Shown piece after piece: positions 46,940 through 56,855 of a stretch of DNA of 64,000 nucleotides; position 1 is the stretch's first letter; each line of letters opens with the position of its first letter. The translations under genes and the position numbers were made by a program. The notes beneath the pieces were generated by a model. That model had not been told where the DNA came from, ran no database searches, and saw nothing but the letters and a program-made list of their open reading frames with translations. The stretch comes from Deferribacterales bacterium (lineage in GTDB: Bacteria > Chrysiogenota > Deferribacteres > Deferribacterales > Geovibrionaceae), in assembly GCA_050251945.1 (NCBI GenBank), contig JBFWLW010000006.1, forward strand, positions 32,001 through 96,000, in the 5' to 3' direction.

Positions 46940-49657
46940 TTGTTGAAGACCGTCCGCATTAATTTTTATGCGGTTTTAGTCATAGCCATGCTCGGTGCGC
47001 TTGGATATGTCTTTAACCAGAATAAACTTGAACTCTTTTTCAATGTGGATTTTCTGTTCGGCGGATTCTTCGCCGTAATAGCCATAAAAAGATACGGAGT
47101 TTACGGTATCTTTGCGGCCGTCATCGCATCATTCAGCACATATTTTCTCTGGAACCACCCTTATGCAATTATAATCTTCACAGCGGAAGCCTCCGTTCTT
47201 GCATATTTCAGCAGTAAAAGCGACGACCTCGTAATAATCGACATACTATACTGGCTGACGCTGGGTTTGCTGCTTGTGTTCTTTTTCTATTCAGGTCTGA
47301 TGGACATAGGAATAAAAAATTCCGCCATAGTATATCTGAAACAGAGCATAAACGGCATATTTAACACATTGTTTGCAGTGACAGCCGGAAACTTGTGGAA
47401 TCTTATCTCAAAGGAAATAGGGCTCAAATATTCAAAAGTTTCCCTTAAATCCATAATTTTCAGCACGATACTGTTCTTAACCGCAGTTCCGGCGCTGTTC
47501 TATATCGTTTCAAACGTGCGCCACCATGCCCGCGAGATATCAAACGATATGCAGCTTGAGCTGAACTCCATGGCAAACGCTGCGGCGCTCTCCACCGACA
47601 ACATTCTGCGTTCCAGCATAACAAGCCTGAACACACTTGCCGATAATATTCAGGAGTGTATCAACGATTCCGGAGTAAACTCTCTGGGCGAGGAGCGTAT
47701 AACAACCGTTCTCCGTTCGTCCGAAGTGTTTCTCGGGCTGGGTTTCATAAAAACCGACAAAACATCCGCTCCTCTATATACATACAGCGGCGGTGAGCTG
47801 AAAAGATATTACGGCAGAGACTACAGTGACAGGAATTACTACGCGCTTGCCGATAAAAGCAAAGATATAATCATCTCGGAAGCGCGCAAAAGCAACCTGC
47901 TTAACCTCAATAATTCTATACTGATAATGGTCAAAGCCATAAGAGGTGCAGACGGAAAAGTATTGGGATATGTTCAGGGCGGCATACAGTTTCAGTCTGT
48001 CTATAACCTTCTGAACACCATATCAAGAGATTCAGGCATCTTTTTCACTCTGGCAGACAAACAGAGCAGAACCCTTGTAACCACAAACCCCCAATATCAG
48101 GGGCAAAACTACATACCTGTCAAAAGTGCGGAAGGCATCATTGAAGATTTCGGCAACAGCATCCTGCAATGGACAACACTGCCAAAAGCCAATAAATCCG
48201 TCATGACCCGTTGGCAGAAGTCTTATTACATTAAATCCGTGCCTGTCAGTTCCGAGCAGTCACTTACCCTCACGGCGGAAATGCCTCTTTCCTCCTATGT
48301 CGCCGATATCATAAATATGGGGCTGAATGCGCTTGCGGTCATATATGTAACAATCATACTTTCGGTCATACTCGCGTGGTTTGTAAGCCGCAGAACCGCA
48401 TTCCACCTGAGCAAACTGTCCTCAAGAACAGCACACATACATGAAAACCTGCAATCCGACTCGTCAGACGGCTGGCCGAACTCGGTTTTCAGCGAGATAA
48501 CCGAGCTTTCCACAAACTTCCGCCAGATGGAGGAAGAGCTTACTAAATATTTCAAAGAACTCAACATACAGAAGAACGAACTGGAAATTATTCTGGATTC
48601 ACTGCCTATCATAATTTTCCTGAAAGACACCAGAAACTACATCACCTTTGCCAATAAGACCGCTTCAAATTTCGTTTCTCTCGGCAGGATAGACAAAAAA
48701 CCTGTCAGCGATATCTTCCGCCACGACCACGCAAGATTCTTCGCCGACGACAAAAAAGTTATGGAAACAAAAAAACCGGTGTTTAAGATAGTGCAGACAT
48801 ACCCGTTTGAATCGGGTGCAATAACTGTCATAACCGACAAGATACCCCTTTTCGGAGAGGACGGAAGCGTTAAGTCAATTCTTGTTATCTCCAGAGATAT
48901 CACAGAAGAACTCAGGGCACAGGAAGACAAACAGAGAACCCTTGAGATACTTTACCAGCAGTCCAAAATGGCGGAGATGGGAGCCATGATAGGCGCAATA
49001 GCACATCAATGGAAGCAGCCGCTTAACTCCATCGCTATTCTGACACAGCTTATCGAAGCGGATGTGGAAGATGAACAGCTCAACACCGAAACACTGATGA
49101 AGAACACATCAATAATAATGAGCAACGTCAGCTTCATGTCGCAGACGGTGAATGACTTCATCAGTTTCTTCAAGCAGGGCAAAACAAAGGAACGGTTCAA
49201 ACCCTGCGAAACGATAATTGAAATATACAACCTGCTGGACAGACAGTTCACTAAGAACAATATCGAAGTGGTTTTTCACGAACACAGGCACTTTGAAGTT
49301 TCCGGCATCAAAAACGAATTCAAACAGGTCTGCCTGAACATAATGAACAACGCCAAAGAAGCGCTTATAAACTGCGAAACAGCAAACAAACGTATTGATA
49401 TCTTTTACGAACACGACGACCTGATGAACAGGATCGTCATAGAGGATAACGCAGGCGGCATCCCGGAAGACCTGCTCCCGAACAGGCTTTTTGAAATGTA
49501 CCAAAGCACGAAGGGCGAAAAAGGCACAGGACTTGGTCTTTACATATGCAGATCCATCATAGAAGAACATATGGGCGGACGCATAATCGCAGAAAATACC
49601 CTTTCCGGCGCCAGGTTCATTATAATGCTCCCTTCCGAGGAAGTAACTGCCTCCTGA
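46940..49657 (+). CDS. Membrane sensor histidine kinase, tandem paralogue of 43965-46691
   Basis: Shared FFNVDFLFG, WNHPYAIIIFTAEA, LKQSING, HQWKQPLN, STKGEKGTGLGLY. Confidence 0.92.
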   Translation: MLKTVRINFYAVLVIAMLGALGYVFNQNKLELFFNVDFLFGGFFAVIAIKRYGVYGIFAAVIASFSTYFLWNHPYAIIIFTAEASVLAYFSSKSDDLVIIDILYWLTLGLLLVFFFYSGLMDIGIKNSAIVYLKQSINGIFNTLFAVTAGNLWNLISKEIGLKYSKVSLKSIIFSTILFLTAVPALFYIVSNVRHHAREISNDMQLELNSMANAAALSTDNILRSSITSLNTLADNIQECINDSGVNSLGEERITTVLRSSEVFLGLGFIKTDKTSAPLYTYSGGELKRYYGRDYSDRNYYALADKSKDIIISEARKSNLLNLNNSILIMVKAIRGADGKVLGYVQGGIQFQSVYNLLNTISRDSGIFFTLADKQSRTLVTTNPQYQGQNYIPVKSAEGIIEDFGNSILQWTTLPKANKSVMTRWQKSYYIKSVPVSSEQSLTLTAEMPLSSYVADIINMGLNALAVIYVTIILSVILAWFVSRRTAFHLSKLSSRTAHIHENLQSDSSDGWPNSVFSEITELSTNFRQMEEELTKYFKELNIQKNELEIILDSLPIIIFLKDTRNYITFANKTASNFVSLGRIDKKPVSDIFRHDHARFFADDKKVMETKKPVFKIVQTYPFESGAITVITDKIPLFGEDGSVKSILVISRDITEELRAQEDKQRTLEILYQQSKMAEMGAMIGAIAHQWKQPLNSIAILTQLIEADVEDEQLNTETLMKNTSIIMSNVSFMSQTVNDFISFFKQGKTKERFKPCETIIEIYNLLDRQFTKNNIEVVFHEHRHFEVSGIKNEFKQVCLNIMNNAKEALINCETANKRIDIFYEHDDLMNRIVIEDNAGGIPEDLLPNRLFEMYQSTKGEKGTGLGLYICRSIIEEHMGGRIIAENTLSGARFIIMLPSEEVTAS

Positions 49658-49753
49658 ACACACCATTTTCGGTAGTCACCAACATAGGACGCGTAATCTT
49701 TCCATTACTGGTGTATATTTATAGAATATACACGCAATTTATGGAGGGCATTA

Positions 49754-51223
49754 ATGCTCGAAAGTTTCAAAGAATCCGAAATCCTCTCCAAAGACCAATA
49801 CACTCAGGAACTGAATAATCTCCGCACACAGCTTATAGACGCGCAGTATGAATTCAAAAAATACAAAAGACCGATGATAGTCATCCTCACGGGTCTGGAC
49901 GGCGCGGGCAAAGGCGAGCTTGTAAACTTTATGGCGGACATAATGGATACAAGGCTCATCGAAACCTCTACATTCTGGCAGGAAACGGACGAAGAGAGGG
50001 AACGTCCCTACTACTTCCGCTACTGGAACGCTATGCCCCCGGGCGGGAAACTGGGCATATTTTTCAACGGATGGTACGACAGAACAATACGCCGCGCGCT
50101 GGAATCCAACGACGATCCGGAGGCTTTCGCAAGAGGTCTTGAAGAAGCGGCGGACGTTGAAAAGATGCTCGCACAGGACGGCACGGTAATCGTCAAAATA
50201 TGGGCGCACATAACTAAAAAAGAGCAGAAGAAACGCCACGAAAAACTGATAAAAAAGGGAAAGCAGTCCGAAGAAATATCTAAGCGCGCCCTGTGGTATT
50301 TCAGCAAATACGAAAAGATAACCGAATGTGCGGAAGCCGCATACAAGGCAACCCACAATGAATTCGCCCCGTGGGAGGTCATAGACTGTACCGACAGGCG
50401 CACAAGAGAGATACATTTCCTGCGTGTGATACTTGATAATATGAACCGCGCACTGAAAGAAAATATGCCGAAAAGCAGAACTGAAAATCTGTCCGGTCTC
50501 ACTTTCCCCGATGTTCTCGGCAGTTTGAAACAGCAAAAGGATACAGACCCGAAAACATACCGGAAGGAGCTTGACGGGCTTATCGACGATATAAAACCAC
50601 TGGTATGGGAAGCATATCAGAAGTGCATCAGCACCATGATAGTCTTTGAAGGCTGGGACGCCGCAGGCAAAGGCGGCTGCATACGCAGACTTTTAAGGGC
50701 ATTCGATATGCGTCTTTCAAAGGTAACGTCCATCGCCGCGCCGACGTCGGAAGAGCTTTCCCGTCATTACCTCTGGCGCTTCTGGCGTCAGGTACCGCGC
50801 GCAGGTCACATCGCCATCTTCGACAGGTCTTGGTATGGCAGGGTTCTGGTGGAACGTCTGGAAAATATCACACCGCCCGCCGACTGGTTCCGCGGGTATT
50901 CAGAGATAAACAGCTTTGAAAAGCATCTCAGCGACCGCGGCGTACACCTTGTAAAGTTCTTCCTGCACATAACGGACGACGAACAGCTTGACCGTTTCAA
51001 AGAACGTCAGGAAATACCGTGGAAGCAGCACAAAATAACCGATGAGGACTGGCGCAACAGGGAAAAGAACAATGAATATCAAGACGCTTATAACGAGATG
51101 TTCTTCAAGACCAGCACCAAATACGCACCTTGGAAGATAATACCCGCAAACGACAAAAAAGGTGCGCGGACGGAAGTTTTAAAGCATATAAAAGGAAGCC
51201 TGCAAAAGGTTCTGAACAAATAA
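49754..51223 (+). CDS. pap: Two-domain PPK2 (polyphosphate:AMP phosphotransferase)
   Basis: GLDGAGKG and FEGWDAAGKGG, FDRSWYGRVLVER, KITDEDWRNR. Confidence 0.92.
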   Translation: MLESFKESEILSKDQYTQELNNLRTQLIDAQYEFKKYKRPMIVILTGLDGAGKGELVNFMADIMDTRLIETSTFWQETDEERERPYYFRYWNAMPPGGKLGIFFNGWYDRTIRRALESNDDPEAFARGLEEAADVEKMLAQDGTVIVKIWAHITKKEQKKRHEKLIKKGKQSEEISKRALWYFSKYEKITECAEAAYKATHNEFAPWEVIDCTDRRTREIHFLRVILDNMNRALKENMPKSRTENLSGLTFPDVLGSLKQQKDTDPKTYRKELDGLIDDIKPLVWEAYQKCISTMIVFEGWDAAGKGGCIRRLLRAFDMRLSKVTSIAAPTSEELSRHYLWRFWRQVPRAGHIAIFDRSWYGRVLVERLENITPPADWFRGYSEINSFEKHLSDRGVHLVKFFLHITDDEQLDRFKERQEIPWKQHKITDEDWRNREKNNEYQDAYNEMFFKTSTKYAPWKIIPANDKKGARTEVLKHIKGSLQKVLNK

Positions 51224-51224
51224 G

Positions 51225-51248
51225 AAAGGCACGCAAAAGCGTGCCTTT
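51225..51248. terminator. Bidirectional intrinsic terminator
   Basis: AAAGGCACGC-AAAA-GCGTGCCTTT between convergent genes. Confidence 0.8.
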
Positions 51249-51253
51249 TATCT

Positions 51254-51745
51254 CTAGTTTTTCATGTTTATAAACTGAAGCGGAACATCTATGTCGGATG
51301 TTTTCATAAGCTGGATAACGGACTGAAGATCGTCGATCTTTTTACCTTCAATACGGACACGCTCATCCATGATGGATGCGTTCACTTTCAGCTTTGAATC
51401 CTTTATCATCTTCACTATCTTCTTGGCGTTGTCCTTGCCGAGCCCTTCCTCAATTTTGACTTCAAACTTTCTATGTCCTTTAGATGTATTTTCCGCCTCG
51501 CCAAACGACAGGACGCGTGAATCTATTCCTCTTTTTGAGCAGTGTTTTATCATCATTTCTCTGATAGCCTGCGCTTTCATGTCGTCGTGGGTCACGATTT
51601 TTATGACCTTGTCTTTTTTATTCAGCTCTATTTCCGTGTCGGAACCTTTAAAGTCAAACCTGCTGTCCACCTCTTTCTTAACAAGATTAACAGCGTTGTC
51701 CATTTCCTGCATATCTATCTCATTCACAATGTCAAATGAAGGCAT
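51254..51745 (-). CDS. yajQ: YajQ family nucleotide/c-di-GMP-binding protein
   Basis: MPSFDIV, DNAV, RFDFKGS, GKKIDDLQ, PLQFIN. Confidence 0.95.
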   Translation of the reverse strand: MPSFDIVNEIDMQEMDNAVNLVKKEVDSRFDFKGSDTEIELNKKDKVIKIVTHDDMKAQAIREMMIKHCSKRGIDSRVLSFGEAENTSKGHRKFEVKIEEGLGKDNAKKIVKMIKDSKLKVNASIMDERVRIEGKKIDDLQSVIQLMKTSDIDVPLQFINMKN

Positions 51746-51815
51746 TACACCCCTCCGATATTTACTACTATACAAATAATCATTGATTTTACAGCAAATC
51801 AAGTGATAATTGCGC

Positions 51816-53480
51816 ATGAATTTTTTTTGCAGTAAAGACTGCCCCGATACATGCGCCGTCAGGGCTGAATTTAAGAACGGGAAATATCACTTCACAGGCA
51901 TAGCCGAAAGCTGGCAGAAAACGGGCTTTGTCTGTTCAAAATTCAAAGTGTTCGCTGAACGCGAGATAAACTCCGGTATACGTTCATATGAAATGAAGAA
52001 CGGCGAAAAGCGCGAATTTGAAAGCGACAGCGCAGCCGTTTCCGCATTTGGCGATATTCTTGAAAAGTATAAAAACAAAAGAATACTCTACCTGAAAGGT
52101 TCCGGCTCGCTGGCTTACAACATGGGCTACTGGGACAGATTTATGAGCAGTTTTGCACACTGCACAAAGATAACCGGAGGCGTCTGCGGAACCACCGGTG
52201 ACGACGCTCACTCTGCTGACTTCGGAACGGAACTTAATCCGCCCGTCGAAAATATAGCTGACTGTAAAACCGCCATCCTCTTCGGAAAAAATGCCGCCGT
52301 TATAAGTCAGCACCTCTACGCATATCTGAAAGAACTTAAAAAAGACGGGCTGAAGATAGTCTATATAGACCCGATACGGACAAAGACTGCCGATATAGCA
52401 GACAGATACATCAGCATCCGTCCCATGTGCGACGGACTTATTGCCGCGGCTCTGCTCACTGAACTTGGCTTTGAAGACGGACATAACGTCAGCGAGCTTA
52501 TCTCACGCGCAGGAATATCGCAGGACGATCTGCAATACCTGAAAGACGCCATACAATCCGGCAAAACAGCCTTTATAGAAGGTTTCGGCATGCAGAGAAA
52601 CCCGAACGGAATGAACATGATAAGGCTCATCAACCGTCTTGCGGTTAAAAGCGGAAATATCGGCACGCTCTACTACGGACAGGGTTCAAAGCGTTTCTGG
52701 AAGGGGCTTGGCGCCGTCTTTCCTCATTACGTCCACATAGATACAGTGGCAAAAAGACTTGCTGACGGCGAATTTGATCTGTTCGTCAACGTTGCCGCAA
52801 ACCCCGCGATGACCTATCCTGATGCAAAGAACTGGGTCAGGGGCATAAAGAACACACCGACTGTTGTCGTTGACGTTTACCCCACCCGCACTTCGGAAAA
52901 CTGTCAACTGTTCATCAAAACAGGCGGCATCTTCGCGCAGCAGGATTTCATGGGCAGTTATTTCTTCCCTCATAAACACAGGAGAGAAAAGCTCACAGAT
53001 GAACTGGCTGACATAGATATAATTACCCGCCTAAGCAACTGGTTCGGAATAGACCTTAACTTTGCGGAACCGGACACTGCAGTACCGGCACCCAGAGTGT
53101 ACAAAGATGAACGGATAGAGCCTGCAATCCCCGAAGAACAGGGAAAATTCAGCCTTCTGAGCCTTTCGCATCCCGCATATCTGAACAGTCAGCACCTTCC
53201 GAACATAGTCGAAAAGCTGAAAATTGCATTTATTAACCCGAAGGATGCGGCGGAACTTGGCATACAGAATGGCGATAAAATTAAGGTATCCACCGATGCA
53301 GGTCATTACATCGCATATGCAGAAATAAGTGACACTGTTTCCCGAAAAGTAATAATGAGCTATAAAAACGTTCCAATGGTCGCAGGATTCATAAACGACG
53401 CCACGCCGCCAATGCTGACAGATTCCGGCAACGGAATGGTCTATTACGGCATTCCCGCAGACGTTGCTAAAGTCCTTTAA
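51816..53480 (+). CDS. Molybdopterin-dependent oxidoreductase family protein (short)
   Basis: CSKDCPDTC...CSK 4Fe-4S motif, IDP.RT.TA..AD, ANPA, C-terminal INPKDAAELGI.NGD. Confidence 0.85.
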   Translation: MNFFCSKDCPDTCAVRAEFKNGKYHFTGIAESWQKTGFVCSKFKVFAEREINSGIRSYEMKNGEKREFESDSAAVSAFGDILEKYKNKRILYLKGSGSLAYNMGYWDRFMSSFAHCTKITGGVCGTTGDDAHSADFGTELNPPVENIADCKTAILFGKNAAVISQHLYAYLKELKKDGLKIVYIDPIRTKTADIADRYISIRPMCDGLIAAALLTELGFEDGHNVSELISRAGISQDDLQYLKDAIQSGKTAFIEGFGMQRNPNGMNMIRLINRLAVKSGNIGTLYYGQGSKRFWKGLGAVFPHYVHIDTVAKRLADGEFDLFVNVAANPAMTYPDAKNWVRGIKNTPTVVVDVYPTRTSENCQLFIKTGGIFAQQDFMGSYFFPHKHRREKLTDELADIDIITRLSNWFGIDLNFAEPDTAVPAPRVYKDERIEPAIPEEQGKFSLLSLSHPAYLNSQHLPNIVEKLKIAFINPKDAAELGIQNGDKIKVSTDAGHYIAYAEISDTVSRKVIMSYKNVPMVAGFINDATPPMLTDSGNGMVYYGIPADVAKVL

Positions 53481-54009
53481 CAACTTCCCTGAGCGCCCGA
53501 ATCTCCTTATAGAATGAGATACCCGCTACACCTTTGTAGCCTTTGCCTTTAAGCTGACAGACGTTTGCTGTGCAAATCCCGCCGAGAGCATATACGTCCC
53601 TGCCCAAACAGGAAACATCCAAAGCGCCCAGCGGCTTTACTTCATAATCCTTGACCGTATGGAAAATGGGACTGAGCATATAATATGCCGCCTTATTATC
53701 TTTTATCTCATCAATGCAGTGTGCGGAATATCCCACAGACAGAGACTCGTCTACGTTCCCGCACATGTTGTCAGCACCCAGCTGGACACCGTAATACCCA
53801 AGCAAAGCGGCAATCTCCTTTCTCTCTGAAAGTATCAGACGGGCGTCGGGGAGTGCTTCGCGCAGTTTTTTTGCCTCGTCATATATCAGTTCGGCGGGCT
53901 TATTTTTTATACGCAGCCAGAGTGCATCCGCAAAGGGTGAACAACCAACGGCGATACTAAGCCAATCGGCACCCATAGTGTCGTAATCTATTATCTGAAT
54001 TATTTCCAT
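53467..54009 (-). CDS. Thiamine-phosphate synthase / TenI-like protein
   Basis: GYSAH, SPIFHT.K, YALGGI, GVAGIS. Confidence 0.75.
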   Translation of the reverse strand: MEIIQIIDYDTMGADWLSIAVGCSPFADALWLRIKNKPAELIYDEAKKLREALPDARLILSERKEIAALLGYYGVQLGADNMCGNVDESLSVGYSAHCIDEIKDNKAAYYMLSPIFHTVKDYEVKPLGALDVSCLGRDVYALGGICTANVCQLKGKGYKGVAGISFYKEIRALREVVKGL

Positions 54010-56855
54010 CAATCCTTCCCGAAAACCCTTTTAAACGCTGCACGCACCGAACGGCGCAGGTTGTGGTATTCCTCAAGGAGCGCCGTGCCGCCGGACTTGT
54101 ACCCGAAAAATTCCGCCATTCTGTCCAGAAGTTTCTCGTCCTTCGGCAGTCTGGACGTGTCCGTATTGTCGTAAATGCGCACAAGATTCTCAAGGTGTCT
54201 GAAAAACAGATAGCCCTTGTGAAAGCAGTAAAAATCGCGGCTGGTCACGAGTTCCAGATCTTTGAAAAAATGAATGGCATCATGGGTGTTCGGTGTATGG
54301 AGCTGTTCGTATTTGCACCCGTACATGAGCTGGAACATCTGCGCGGAGAACTCTATATCCAGAAGTCCGCCGTAGCCCGCCTTTATGTCGTTCTTCTCAT
54401 ACGGCAGCCCCTTTTCGTTCTCAATGCGCATCCGCATGTCGTATATTTCTTTGACGCCTGCGTCAGCTATCAGACACACATAGAGTGACTGTGCTTTTAT
54501 CCGCTCGAACTCTGCGGCGAGGGGCGAGTTGTAATTTATGACGCTGGAACGCATCAGCGCCTGTTTTTCCCAGAGCATTGCTCCCTTTTTCTGATAATCC
54601 TCAAAGCCCGCAAGGGTCGTTACCAGAGTTCCGCTGGATCCGCTGGGGCGAAGACGCATATCGGTTTTGTAAAGATATCCGTTGTGGCTGTAGGCGCTGA
54701 GAAATGTTATGCTTCTCTGCACCATCTTTGAGTAAAACTCCTGATTTGTTATGGAGTTTTCGCCGTCTGTGGCGCCGTATCCGTCGTAAAGGAAAACAAG
54801 GTCTATATCGGAGCCGAAGCTCATTTCGATACTCCCTACTTTGCCCATCCCCACAAGGAGATACCCGCACGGTTTCCCGTCCTCAGTCATCGGATATCCA
54901 TATTTTTCCGCAAGCTGTTCATAGATATAGCTGAACGCAAAGTCAACCGTACCTCTGGCAAGCTCAGTCAAAGCGCGCATAGTGTCTATGATGTTGCTCT
55001 GCTTGTTCAGATATGCATACCCCGCGTTGAACATGAAAATCTTGTGCCTTATCCGTGCCGCCTCCGGCATCAGGTCGGGCATGTCGCGGTATTTTTCCGT
55101 ATGCTGGATGAAATCCTCTTTTATCTTATCTGCGGTGAAATCTATAGGCTTGGGGTCATAGATATAGTCCAGCAGGTCGCGGTTTTTCATTATCTGGTCG
55201 GTCAGATAGCGGCTGTATGAAAAGATATTGATAAGCTTCTGAATTATGAACGGCGCTGTTGAAAAGAGATCGTGCAGAAGATATATAGTCGTATTGCTCG
55301 CAAGCATCTTTTCAAAATTATGCAGGACGTCCACACTGCCGGATTTTCCTTCAAGCCCGTTCAATATCATAACAAAAAGGGCTTTCAATATCTGCCTGTC
55401 GCTCTTCACACGGGGGCGGTCCTTCTGCCCTTCCATTACCCGCCTTACTATCTTCACGCACTCAAGCGGTTCGTTTATCTTAAGCTGCTTAAGTATACCC
55501 GCCGCCTCTTCGTCGGATATGTCCCCGTCGAAAACAAGAAACACGCCTTCGTCCGCTCCGGCATCGGTGAACAGTTTTGAAAATTCATCGTTCACCTGTT
55601 TTGTCACGGCAGCATATCTCTTTTCAAAATCAGCGGCGGAAGAAAACCCGCACCTTTCCAGATACAGCGGATAGGTATCCGACTGTTCCGGAACGATATG
55701 CGTCTGACGTTCGTTCTCAATCTGCGCCATGTGTTCTAGTTTCCGTAGAAAGCAGTAGCTTTCGCGAAGCATTTTTGAAGTTTCCGGGGTCATAAGTCTG
55801 TTTTTTGTAAGAATATCCAGACTTTTCAGCGTATTCGGGTTAAAAATAGCCTTATTTGATGGATAATTGATTATCTGCAAGGTCTGAACGACAAACTCTA
55901 TTTCGCGTATGCCGCCATATCCGAGCTTAACGTGTTTAACGTTGCTTCCTTTAAGTTCAACCCGCTTATTTATCTTCTTTTTTATGTCCTGAAGGTCGTT
56001 CATAAGGTTGAAATCCAGACTTCTGCGAAAGACGAAAGGTTTTACAGCTTTTTTGAAAGCTTCCCCAACCTCAAGACTTCCCGCAACGGGAAGCGCTTTC
56101 AGAAGCATCATCCTTTCCCAGCTCTGTCCGTATGTTTCGTAATAGGTGTCGTATGCGCGGACAGGCATGGCAAGAGCGCCCCTGTCCCCGTCCGGACGCA
56201 GGCGAAGATCCACTCTGAACACTATCCCGTCCTTCGTCCGCTCGCCTATATATCTTGTGACATACTCGGCAACTCTGCTGAAATATGCATGATTATCAAT
56301 TGATTCGGCTCCGTCCGTGCTGCCGATGTCGCAGCCGTAAACGTATATTACGTCTATGTCAGAGCTGAAATTAAGCTCCCATCCGCCGAGCTTTCCCAGC
56401 CCTATTATACAAAAACCCACCTCGTTGTTTTCCTCGTCTCTCGGTGTTCCGTGCTGTTTTTTAAGCTGAGTGTCGGCAAACTGATAAGCCGCCTCACAAC
56501 ACGCCGAAGCGAACGCCGACACATGTGCTGTGACATCAGCGCATGAAGCGCCGAAACACATATCCTCTGCGGCGATGCAGACGTATTCCCTCATCTTTAC
56601 AGTGCGCAGGTGCTCCATGAACTCTGTTTCCGTCATAGAGGATACGTCGGCTTTCATTATATCATCAAGGATGGTTTGCCTTTCGCGCACGGTACCGAAC
56701 AGCTCCACAGCATTTTTCATTCTGCATGGATTGTTCATCAGCCAAGTGCCGATATACTCCGAGTGCCTTGATATGTACGCCAGAACCTTCGCATTTTCAG
56801 GCGATATGCCCTGTTCAGCTGCGCCCGCCTCTGTCTGTTTCTCTTTCTCTATCAT
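54009..56855 (-). CDS. glnE: Bifunctional glutamine synthetase adenylyltransferase/adenylyl-removing enzyme
   Basis: GKLGGWELNFSSDIDV, RVDLRLRP.G, KLGYGGIREIEF; second GKVGS.EM.FGSDIDL, DMRLRPSG domain. Confidence 0.95.
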   Translation of the reverse strand: MIEKEKQTEAGAAEQGISPENAKVLAYISRHSEYIGTWLMNNPCRMKNAVELFGTVRERQTILDDIMKADVSSMTETEFMEHLRTVKMREYVCIAAEDMCFGASCADVTAHVSAFASACCEAAYQFADTQLKKQHGTPRDEENNEVGFCIIGLGKLGGWELNFSSDIDVIYVYGCDIGSTDGAESIDNHAYFSRVAEYVTRYIGERTKDGIVFRVDLRLRPDGDRGALAMPVRAYDTYYETYGQSWERMMLLKALPVAGSLEVGEAFKKAVKPFVFRRSLDFNLMNDLQDIKKKINKRVELKGSNVKHVKLGYGGIREIEFVVQTLQIINYPSNKAIFNPNTLKSLDILTKNRLMTPETSKMLRESYCFLRKLEHMAQIENERQTHIVPEQSDTYPLYLERCGFSSAADFEKRYAAVTKQVNDEFSKLFTDAGADEGVFLVFDGDISDEEAAGILKQLKINEPLECVKIVRRVMEGQKDRPRVKSDRQILKALFVMILNGLEGKSGSVDVLHNFEKMLASNTTIYLLHDLFSTAPFIIQKLINIFSYSRYLTDQIMKNRDLLDYIYDPKPIDFTADKIKEDFIQHTEKYRDMPDLMPEAARIRHKIFMFNAGYAYLNKQSNIIDTMRALTELARGTVDFAFSYIYEQLAEKYGYPMTEDGKPCGYLLVGMGKVGSIEMSFGSDIDLVFLYDGYGATDGENSITNQEFYSKMVQRSITFLSAYSHNGYLYKTDMRLRPSGSSGTLVTTLAGFEDYQKKGAMLWEKQALMRSSVINYNSPLAAEFERIKAQSLYVCLIADAGVKEIYDMRMRIENEKGLPYEKNDIKAGYGGLLDIEFSAQMFQLMYGCKYEQLHTPNTHDAIHFFKDLELVTSRDFYCFHKGYLFFRHLENLVRIYDNTDTSRLPKDEKLLDRMAEFFGYKSGGTALLEEYHNLRRSVRAAFKRVFGKD

